A stretch of 32,000 nt of DNA from Edaphobacter aggregans (GTDB lineage Bacteria; Acidobacteriota; Terriglobia; Terriglobales; Acidobacteriaceae). A model generated the notes under the pieces. The model was not told the DNA's origin, did not search any database, and saw only the letters and a program-made list of their open reading frames with translations. This document shows, in pieces, positions 15,889-23,609 of the stretch. The first letter of the stretch is position 1; every line of letters begins with the position of its first letter. The stretch covers positions 1,710,001-1,742,000 of the forward strand of contig NZ_RSDW01000001.1 of assembly GCF_003945235.1 (NCBI RefSeq), written 5' to 3'. The translations under genes and the position numbers were made by a program.

Positions 15889-17553
15889 TTAATTACTGGT
15901 CCCCCGCAACCCACAAATCCAATCCGCCCCACTCTCATCTCTTACCCGATATCGAAACGCATCTGACAAATGTGTAACCGTATCGGTTGCAAGTACCGTA
16001 TGCTCATCCATCGCATGAGCCGCAAAGTCCCCCGCCAGCCCATGCAGATAAACCGCAGCCTCCACAGCCCGCTTCACATCGTCAGGAAACTGAGCCAGCA
16101 TCCCCGCCACAATCCCCGTCAAAATATCCCCACTCCCACCCTTAGCCATCGAAGGATTCCCCGTAGTATTCACCGCAATCGACCCATCCGGATGCGCCAC
16201 CAGCGTCCTCCATCCCTTCAACACCAGCGTCAGCTTATGCTCCGTAGCAAACCGCCGAGCCAATCCCACCCGATCCGCCTCAACCTCTTTCACCGTCATC
16301 CCAACCAACCGAGCCATCTCCCCCGGATGCGGCGTCAGCACCATCACCCTACCCGACCCATCCAGCAAATCCGCCTTCCGCTCAAAAGCATTCAACGCAT
16401 CCGCATCAATCACCATCGGAACCGTAGTCTTAGCCACCAGCCGTCGAGCAAACTCCGAAGCATCCCCCACCGTCCCCAACCCCGGCCCCACCGCCACCAC
16501 GTTAATCCCCTTCATCAACCCCTCAAACCGCTCCCCCTCTAAATTCCCAAGCGAAACCCCATCAGCAACGAAACCGGGTGCCCCATATCTCGATTCTGAG
16601 ATGTGGGCATCGTCCGAAGGACGACCGCTTTCCTCCAAAGGAGCCACCATCAACTCCGGAGCCACCCCCGCAACAATCCCCACCACCCGCTCCGGAACCG
16701 CCGCAGTCACCAACCCCGCCCCCGTCCTCAACGCCGCCAGCGAAGCCATCGCCGGAGCCCCAGCCTTTCCCCAACTCCCCCCCACCACCAGAACATGCCC
16801 AAACTTGCCTTTATTGGAATTCACTCCACGCGCCTTCTCCGCCACCACCTTCGAAGCTCCCGTCCACGTCAACGCCGAAGTAGAAACCACCGCCCCATCA
16901 GGAGACCCAATCCCCGCCACCACCACCGGCCCAAACGTCCCACGCGTCAGATGCCCAAACACATGAGCCATCTTCGGAGCGGTAAACGTCACAACCGCAT
17001 CCGCCCGATACGCCCCCTCCACCGTCTGCTCCATCGAGTCCGAGTCCCACCCCGAAGGCACATCGACCGCAACCACCGGCACACTTAACCCCTCGACCAT
17101 CTGCCGCAGCCCAGCCGCCAGCCCGCGTAGCGGAGGCTTGAACCCAGTCCCCACCACAGCATCCACCAATAACTCCGCATCCCCCAGAACATCGCTGCAA
17201 GCCTTAAGCCCAACCTCATCCACCACTTCGCGCATTGCCACCCCCGGAGCCTCATCACGAAGTCGCCTTAAAGCCGCCGCAGCCTCACCCTTCACCTCAC
17301 CCATCCGCCCGAGCAGCACCACCCGCACCGTCCAGCCCGCCCCCGCCAGCACCCGAGCCGCAACAAACCCGTCTCCCCCATTGTTCCCCTTCCCACAAAG
17401 CACCGTCACCCGCTCCGACGCCCAATACTGCCGTAAGCAGAACCCAACCACCGCCCCACCAGCCGCCTCCATCAAATCCCCCAGCGGAACCCCAAACTCT
17501 TCAACCGTCCGCCGATCCGCCGCCCCCATCTCCGCTGCCGTCAGAATCTTCAT
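15889..17553 (-). CDS. nnr: Bifunctional NAD(P)H-hydrate repair enzyme Nnr (epimerase / ADP-dependent dehydratase)
   Basis: 554-aa ORF. YjeF_N motifs: MKILTAAEM...CGKGNNGGDGFVAAR. C-terminal carbohydrate-kinase motifs: KGKFGHVLVVGGS, VGPGLG, GGSGDILTGIVAG. Confidence 0.9.
   Translation of the reverse strand: MKILTAAEMGAADRRTVEEFGVPLGDLMEAAGGAVVGFCLRQYWASERVTVLCGKGNNGGDGFVAARVLAGAGWTVRVVLLGRMGEVKGEAAAALRRLRDEAPGVAMREVVDEVGLKACSDVLGDAELLVDAVVGTGFKPPLRGLAAGLRQMVEGLSVPVVAVDVPSGWDSDSMEQTVEGAYRADAVVTFTAPKMAHVFGHLTRGTFGPVVVAGIGSPDGAVVSTSALTWTGASKVVAEKARGVNSNKGKFGHVLVVGGSWGKAGAPAMASLAALRTGAGLVTAAVPERVVGIVAGVAPELMVAPLEESGRPSDDAHISESRYGAPGFVADGVSLGNLEGERFEGLMKGINVVAVGPGLGTVGDASEFARRLVAKTTVPMVIDADALNAFERKADLLDGSGRVMVLTPHPGEMARLVGMTVKEVEADRVGLARRFATEHKLTLVLKGWRTLVAHPDGSIAVNTTGNPSMAKGGSGDILTGIVAGMLAQFPDDVKRAVEAAVYLHGLAGDFAAHAMDEHTVLATDTVTHLSDAFRYRVRDESGADWICGLRGTSN
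16574..16629. repeat. Intragenic palindromic repeat of the CGGGTGCCCCAT...GTGGGCATCG-hairpin-CCGCT family, inside nnr (minus-strand gene)
   Basis: Plus-strand sequence: CCGGGTGCCCCATATCTCGATTCTGAGATGTGGGCATCGTCCGAAGGACGACCGCT. It has an imperfect hairpin GCCCCATATCTC / GAGATGTGGGC and a perfect hairpin TCGTCC-GAA-GGACGA at 16610-16624. It is translated on the minus strand as GRPSDDAHISESRYGAPGF. Confidence 0.75.
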
Positions 17554-17575
17554 CCCTACCTTCTACCCCATTCCC

Positions 17576-17631
17576 AAAAAAATAAAAAATGCGCTCAAAC
17601 CAGCCGCACCCTCGCGACCCGATTTAAGCGC
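17576..17631 (-). terminator. Candidate intrinsic terminator downstream of the PBP gene
   Basis: Minus-strand reading: GCGCTTAAA-(23 nt)-TTTGAGCGC, a 9-bp stem with one G-U pair, followed by ATTTTTTATTTTTTT. It lies 65 nt after the PBP stop and 22 nt before the nnr ATG. The large loop lowers confidence. Confidence 0.4.
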
Positions 17632-17695
17632 ATCCACAAACCACACTTACCAGTCTTCGCACCGCTAGTTAACCAGCAAGTACCAACCGAAAAAC

Positions 17696-18946
17696 CTACT
17701 CCGACGCCCCCACATCCCCAGCCTCAGCCACCGGCTGAACCTTAGGAATAAAGTAGCTCTTATCCCATAGCGCCTTATAGAAAGTCCCTGTTAATTCAGC
17801 AGCTTTCGGCCCAAACGTAGGTCGTCCACCCTCCAGAAAAAACACCGTAACAATCCGCCCGCTAGGCGTATCCGCATACGACCCAAACCACCCAAATCGA
17901 GTCCCATTATTCGAACAAGTCCCCGTCTTCCCCATCACCGGAAACTGGTTGAAATTAGCCCTTAAAGACCGCGCCGTGCCATACAAAACCGCACCTTGCA
18001 TCCCATCTTCAATCTCAGGAATCAGTGGAGCAATATTTAAAGTCCGCTTCACTTTAGGCTCAAACATCGCAACATCCATCTGCGTCTCCGGATGCTGCAG
18101 ATAATAAAGCGTTCCCCCATTCGCAATCGCCGCGACCAGCGCCCCAAGCTGTAGCGGAGTCATCGAAACGCTCTCGCCAAACGAGCACATCCGACCCACG
18201 CCACCCAGCGATGCCGGCAGTTCCTCATCCGGATAGATCCCCAACTGCTCACCTTGAATGTGGTAGCCGGCCAGTTCCCCCAAGCCAAATTGGTTCGCGT
18301 AATGTTTCACGCGCTCAAAGCCCAACGACCGCCCAAGTGTCTCAAAATAAGCATTATTAGAGTGCGCCAGCGCCTCGGTCATGGTCAGGTGATACTTCCC
18401 TCCCAGATTCACCGGCGTGTCCTTCCGCACAATCCCCTCTTCAAGCGCAGCCAGCGCCACCGTCAGCTTGATCGTCGAACAAGGCTCAGCCCCTCGTGAC
18501 AAAGCCAGCTTCTGGTTCACCATCGCCAGAATCCGCCCATTATCGGGATTGATCGCCACCGCCGTCCCGTTCATGTTGCCCAGCGCCTCAATGGCCGCAG
18601 CGCGAACCACCGGATCTTCTCCCTCAGTCACATCGCCGAGCGTCAGATTATCGGCAAATGAGCTAGCAGAAAAATGTTCGTAGGACTTAGTCCGCCGCAC
18701 TGCAAGCTTCGTCTTCGCACCACGCCCACGTCCATGCGATACAACAGTCTTTGAGGTCGCCACAGCGTGCGTACTCGCGTGGGCAGTCGCTTTACCAGCA
18801 TGCGCGGTCGTCGTCTTCGCCTTAGTCGAAGTATGCGTCGTTTTCGCTGCGTGCTTCTTCGTTGTGGCGGTTGTCGTCGCACGCGCCCCCGCGCACAGTG
18901 CCAGGCTGCACAAAATCACGCCCAACATTCGCGCGTATCGCGGCAT
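17696..18946 (-). CDS. Penicillin-binding transpeptidase-domain protein (transpeptidase only, secreted or anchored)
   Basis: All three motifs are present: SxxK (CSTIKL), SxN (HSNNAY) and KTG (GKTGTC). The preferred start is the ATG at 18946 (MPRYARMLGVILCSLALCAGARA, a signal peptide). Alternatives are 18928 and the ORF-track start at 19057. A T/A/K/H-rich low-complexity linker follows the signal peptide. Confidence 0.8.
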   Translation of the reverse strand: MPRYARMLGVILCSLALCAGARATTTATTKKHAAKTTHTSTKAKTTTAHAGKATAHASTHAVATSKTVVSHGRGRGAKTKLAVRRTKSYEHFSASSFADNLTLGDVTEGEDPVVRAAAIEALGNMNGTAVAINPDNGRILAMVNQKLALSRGAEPCSTIKLTVALAALEEGIVRKDTPVNLGGKYHLTMTEALAHSNNAYFETLGRSLGFERVKHYANQFGLGELAGYHIQGEQLGIYPDEELPASLGGVGRMCSFGESVSMTPLQLGALVAAIANGGTLYYLQHPETQMDVAMFEPKVKRTLNIAPLIPEIEDGMQGAVLYGTARSLRANFNQFPVMGKTGTCSNNGTRFGWFGSYADTPSGRIVTVFFLEGGRPTFGPKAAELTGTFYKALWDKSYFIPKVQPVAEAGDVGASE

Positions 18947-19083
18947 CGACAAACCTCCCGTCCGGGACAAAGCAATTCTTCTGCCATTATCTCCGGTCAT
19001 TCTTGGAACGCTCTCATCCATCTGCACGAAGCGTGATGACACAAAGATATCAGCCATTCTATCGAAACCCCGAAGAAGCTATT

Positions 19084-20595
19084 TTAGTTGCTGCGACGTA
19101 AAAACGCCGGAATGTCGAGTTCATCCGGCTCCCCCTGTTCCACCGGCGCCGCTACCGTCCCACCAAAAGCCGCCGCCCGAATCACTGGATCCGCAACCGG
19201 CAACTCTCCCGTCCCACTCCAGGTGTCCTCCGATTGGACCCGCGCCACACTCGAAACGTGAGCCACTTCCCTATACCGCTCCGGCAACTTCGGCTTCTCT
19301 TCGTTGGCCTCATCCCGCGATCGGCTCGACCGGAAAAAATCGTCATCAAACACCGAAGCCGGCACTGGCACCAATTCCTGCTGAGTCTTTGCTACAACAG
19401 CACTTGCCTCCACGACGGAAGATACCGGTGATTCCTCTCTATCCTGGACCATCGGCGCCGCCCAAACCTCAGGTGCCGGCTCAGCAAAAGCCTCGCTGGC
19501 AAATCGCGGAGTCGTCGGCCGTGCATTTGTCACTCGCGGCTGAATCGGAACCTCATACCGCACCGTAGGCAACGTTGCCTCTGCCAGCATCCGCTCCCGT
19601 CGCTGCGGCATCTCCTGCTGCTTGAACCCCGTGGCAATGACGGTGATCTTCACTTCATCGCCCATCTTCTCGTCCTGCACCGCGCCGAAGATGATGTTCG
19701 CATCCTCATGCGCTGCATTCTGAATAATCGTCGAAGCCTCGTTCACCTCGCTCAATTTCAAACTGCTCGAGCCTGTGATGTTGATCAAAATTCCACGAGC
19801 CCCATCGATCGCACCAGCCTCCAGCAGCGGTGAAGCCATCGCAGCCATTGCCGCCTCTACCGCGCGATTCGCACCCGACCGCATCGCCGTTCCCATCACC
19901 GCATAGCCCATGCCAGCCATCGTCGTCTTCACATCGGCAAAGTCACGGTTGATCACGCCCGGAATCGTGATGATGTCCGAGATACCCTGAACGCCCTGCC
20001 GCAGCACATCATCCGCAATCCGGAAGCTCTCAAAGAACCCCGCATCCTTCGCTACGGCTAGCAACTTCTCATTCGGAATCACGATCACCGTATCGACCGA
20101 CTCCAACAGCTCCTGCATCCCGCGCTCGGCCTGCATCATGCGCCGCTTGCCTTCAAACGCAAATGGCCGCGTCACTACTGCCACCGTCAGCGCGCCCATC
20201 TCGCTGGCCAGCGAAGCAATCACCGGAGCAGCGCCTGTCCCAGTGCCTCCGCCAAGTCCAGCCGTCACAAACACCATGTCCGCGCCCTCGAGCGCCTCAA
20301 TAATCTTGTCCGAATCCTCAAGCGCAGCACGCCGCCCCACATCCGGATTCGCTCCTGCACCCAGACCACTCGTCAGCTTCACACCCAGCTGCAGCTTTAC
20401 CGGAGCATTCGAAACCTGGAGCGCCTGCACATCCGTATTCGCAGCAATAAACTCGACGCCTTCAACATGCGCCGCGATCATGCGATTGACGGCATTATTC
20501 CCGCCGCCTCCAACACCAATCACCTTGATCTTCGCGCCATGCGGAATTTCATCGTGATAGTGAATGCGAATGTCGTCATCAGGCAGATTGGGCAT
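19084..20595 (-). CDS. ftsZ: Cell division protein FtsZ (long C-terminal linker)
   Basis: Motifs: [13 protein letters not shown], the tubulin signature [18 protein letters not shown], and the C-terminal peptide [19 protein letters not shown] lies upstream of the ATG. It is 503 aa against about 380-400 aa typical. Confidence 0.97.
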   Translation of the reverse strand: MPNLPDDDIRIHYHDEIPHGAKIKVIGVGGGGNNAVNRMIAAHVEGVEFIAANTDVQALQVSNAPVKLQLGVKLTSGLGAGANPDVGRRAALEDSDKIIEALEGADMVFVTAGLGGGTGTGAAPVIASLASEMGALTVAVVTRPFAFEGKRRMMQAERGMQELLESVDTVIVIPNEKLLAVAKDAGFFESFRIADDVLRQGVQGISDIITIPGVINRDFADVKTTMAGMGYAVMGTAMRSGANRAVEAAMAAMASPLLEAGAIDGARGILINITGSSSLKLSEVNEASTIIQNAAHEDANIIFGAVQDEKMGDEVKITVIATGFKQQEMPQRRERMLAEATLPTVRYEVPIQPRVTNARPTTPRFASEAFAEPAPEVWAAPMVQDREESPVSSVVEASAVVAKTQQELVPVPASVFDDDFFRSSRSRDEANEEKPKLPERYREVAHVSSVARVQSEDTWSGTGELPVADPVIRAAAFGGTVAAPVEQGEPDELDIPAFLRRSN

Positions 20596-20708
20596 GGTTC
20601 AGAACTCCTTCAAGTCCCTTAATTCTCACACCTTCACGCCCAACGCACGACCCACGTTTTCCACCGGGGTACCACAAATGGTTCAACAGCCTAACTCCAA
20701 AACTGGCT

Positions 20709-20737
20709 TTAATAATCAGCGTCTTGCGCGTAGACAA
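20709..20737 (-). promoter_or_regulatory. Candidate sigma70-type promoter for ftsZ
   Basis: Minus-strand reading: TTGTCT (20737-20732), a 17-nt spacer, then TATTAA (20714-20709). An AT-rich stretch lies upstream. The -10 element is about 113 nt upstream of the ftsZ ATG. This is a motif match only. Confidence 0.35.
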
Positions 20738-20943
20738 ATTTATTACGTGGTTTTCAAGGCGATTGACGGTATCATCAAATCCTTCCCACTCGGCGAACAC
20801 GATCTTCTTCATCGAGTCAGTTGGCTATCAGTCGTTTCATAACAAGACTTTTTGGGCCCTGAAATACTCTGCATTCGATTCCTGCAGGCAGGCACAACTG
20901 TCTGCACCGTCTCTGAAGCGGATCGGAAAGTGAGGCCACGCCA

Positions 20944-23604
20944 ATGACTCCGTTCTACGAAGAACTTGACGCCAGTTACGTCCTGACCCTGGAAGAGATC
21001 ACCAACCTCACCGAAGAGGGTGGCAAGCCCGCCGACACCCTTATGAACGTCGTTGCCCTCATTGCGACACGCTTCAAGACCGACGTCTGCTCGGCCTATC
21101 TGCTCGAACCCGATCGCTCGAACCTCGTCCTGGCTGCGACCCTCGGCCTCCATCCACGCTGCATCGGCACGCTGCGCCTCAGACTCAGTGAAGGTCTCGC
21201 CGGTCTGGTCGCCGAACAGGTAAGACCCGTAGCTGTCGAGGACGCACCCAACCACCCACGCTTCAAGTACTTCAAAGAATCTGGCGAAGAGGCATATCAT
21301 TCCTTCCTGGGTGTTCCGCTTATTGACCGCGGAATCCTCCAAGGCGTTCTCGTCGTGCAAACCAAAGAGCCACGCACCTTTCGCGAAACTGAGATCCGCA
21401 TGCTGGCTGAGGCTGCCAATCAAGTCGCGCCTGTCGTTAGCGAAGCTCGCACTCTCGATCGCTTCATCGCCCCGGCGCAGGAACGTCTCTGGTCCCTCGC
21501 ACGCAATCTATGGTGGAGTTGGGACCACGACTGCGTGAGCCTCTTTCGCGATCTCAGCCCCACGCGCTGGCGCCAGACAAATCAAAACCCCATCTCCCTT
21601 CTCAACGAAATGCCGTTGGACGAGATCGAGCGCCGCGCCGCGGAGCTGATGCTGCATGGCCGCATCAACTACGCCTACCGTCGCCAACAGGAGTATCTGC
21701 AAGCCGACCGCACCTGGGGCGCAACCAACGCAGGCGTCTTGCGTCCTCGCCCGGTAGCCTACTTCTCCGCCGAATTCGGCCTGCACGAATCCCTCCCCAT
21801 CTACTCCGGCGGTCTCGGCGTCCTCGCTGGCGACCACATCAAGAGCGCATCCGACCTCGACATCCCGCTCATCGGCATCGGCCTCTTCTATGGCCAGGGA
21901 TACTTCCTCCAGCGCCTCGACGACACCGGATGGCAGCTCGAAGACTACCTCCAGACCGACGTCAACCAACTCCCCATGCAGCCCGCCATCGGCGAAAACG
22001 GCGAGCCCATCGTCATTGAAATCCAGACCCGTGGCGGCTCCATCCGTGCCAAGGTCTGGCGAATCAAAGTAGGCCGCTGCGACCTCCTCCTCCTCGACTC
22101 CAACGTCCCTGGCAATGCCCCCGAGGACCTCGAACTCACCTCGCGCCTCTATGGCGGAGACGGACGCACCCGCATCCGTCAGGAACTCCTCCTCGGCGTA
22201 GGCGGCTTCCGCGCGCTCAAAGCCATGGGCATCACCCCCGGAGTCCTCCACCTCAACGAAGGCCACAGCGGCTTCGCAGTCTTCGAGGCCATTCGCACCC
22301 GTATGCTCGAAGAAGGTATGGACTTCGACCACGCCGCCCGCCAGGTTCCACGAGAAGTCATCTTCACCACGCACACACCCGTCCCCGCCGGCCATGACCG
22401 CTTCAGCCCACAGCTCATCGAAGAGCACCTCGGCCCTTTGCGTGAACAACTTGGCCTTTCACACGAAACTCTTATGTCCTTCGGCCGCGTCTACCCCACC
22501 GACATGCAGGAATCCTTCTGCATGACCGTCCTCGGCCTCAAACTCTCCCGCCGCGCCAACGCAGTTTCTTCTCTGCACGGCGAAGTCTCACGAGCCATGT
22601 GGACCAATCTCTATCCCGGCAAGCCCGAAGACGCCGTACCCATTGGACATATCACCAACGGCGTCCACGTCCCCTCCTGGCTAGCCCCTCAAATGTGTCG
22701 CCTCTACGACCGCCATCTTGGCGTTGGGTGGCAATCAAACAGCGGTGCCGCAGCAACGTGGGAAGCAATCGAAAACGTCGACGACGGCGAACTCTGGGAG
22801 ACCCATCTCAGCCTCAAATCAAATCTTCTGGAATTCGTCCGACGCCGCGCTGCCGAACAAGCTGAGCGTCGCGACGAACCTCGGGAAACCCTCCTTCACC
22901 TTAGCAAGCTCTTCACTCCAGACGCCCTCACCATCGGCTTCGCACGCCGCTTCGCCACGTACAAACGCGCCAACCTCCTCCTCGCCGACATCCAGCGCCT
23001 CGCATCCATGGTCAACGACCCCAAGCGCCCCGTGCAATTCGTCTTCGCCGGCAAAGCCCACCCCCTCGACGAGCCCGGCAAACAGGTCCTCCAACAGATA
23101 GCTCAGATGATGCGCGACAGCGAGTTCGCCGACAAGTTCGTCTTCATCGAAGACTACGACATCAACGTAGGTCGCCATCTCGTCCAGGGCGTCGACGTCT
23201 GGCTCAACAACCCCCGCCGCCCCCTCGAAGCCTCCGGCACTAGCGGACAAAAAGTCGTACTCAACGGAGGCCTCAACCTTTCGGTCCTCGACGGTTGGTG
23301 GGCCGAAGCCTACGACGGCCTCAACGGCTTCGCCATCGGCACCGGCCGCACTCACTCCGACATGGACGTCCACGACAGCCGCGACGGCGAAGACCTCTAC
23401 CGTGTCCTCCACGAAGAGCTGATCCCGCTCTACTACCAACGCGATCAGGACGGCCTGCCTCGGGGATGGATCAAGCGCATGAAGCGAACCATTCGCACCC
23501 TAGGCTGGCGCTTCAACGCCGATCGCATGGTCATGGACTACACACGGCACTGCTACGTCCCCGCAGCTGGCGGCACGTCCAGCGCGATGAAGACCATCTC
23601 GTAG
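20944..23604 (+). CDS. glgP: Alpha-glucan (glycogen/maltodextrin) phosphorylase, GT35, with an N-terminal GAF domain
   Basis: 886-aa ORF. Residues 1 to about 175 look like a GAF domain (VCSAYLLEPDRSNLVLAATLGL...SFLGVPLIDRGILQGVLVVQT). These are followed by the alpha-glucan phosphorylase motifs LWWSWDHD, YSGGLGVLAGDH, LNEGHSGF and the PLP-lysine motif EASGTSGQKVVLNGG. Confidence 0.9.
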   Translation: MTPFYEELDASYVLTLEEITNLTEEGGKPADTLMNVVALIATRFKTDVCSAYLLEPDRSNLVLAATLGLHPRCIGTLRLRLSEGLAGLVAEQVRPVAVEDAPNHPRFKYFKESGEEAYHSFLGVPLIDRGILQGVLVVQTKEPRTFRETEIRMLAEAANQVAPVVSEARTLDRFIAPAQERLWSLARNLWWSWDHDCVSLFRDLSPTRWRQTNQNPISLLNEMPLDEIERRAAELMLHGRINYAYRRQQEYLQADRTWGATNAGVLRPRPVAYFSAEFGLHESLPIYSGGLGVLAGDHIKSASDLDIPLIGIGLFYGQGYFLQRLDDTGWQLEDYLQTDVNQLPMQPAIGENGEPIVIEIQTRGGSIRAKVWRIKVGRCDLLLLDSNVPGNAPEDLELTSRLYGGDGRTRIRQELLLGVGGFRALKAMGITPGVLHLNEGHSGFAVFEAIRTRMLEEGMDFDHAARQVPREVIFTTHTPVPAGHDRFSPQLIEEHLGPLREQLGLSHETLMSFGRVYPTDMQESFCMTVLGLKLSRRANAVSSLHGEVSRAMWTNLYPGKPEDAVPIGHITNGVHVPSWLAPQMCRLYDRHLGVGWQSNSGAAATWEAIENVDDGELWETHLSLKSNLLEFVRRRAAEQAERRDEPRETLLHLSKLFTPDALTIGFARRFATYKRANLLLADIQRLASMVNDPKRPVQFVFAGKAHPLDEPGKQVLQQIAQMMRDSEFADKFVFIEDYDINVGRHLVQGVDVWLNNPRRPLEASGTSGQKVVLNGGLNLSVLDGWWAEAYDGLNGFAIGTGRTHSDMDVHDSRDGEDLYRVLHEELIPLYYQRDQDGLPRGWIKRMKRTIRTLGWRFNADRMVMDYTRHCYVPAAGGTSSAMKTIS

Positions 23605-23609
23605 CGCGC

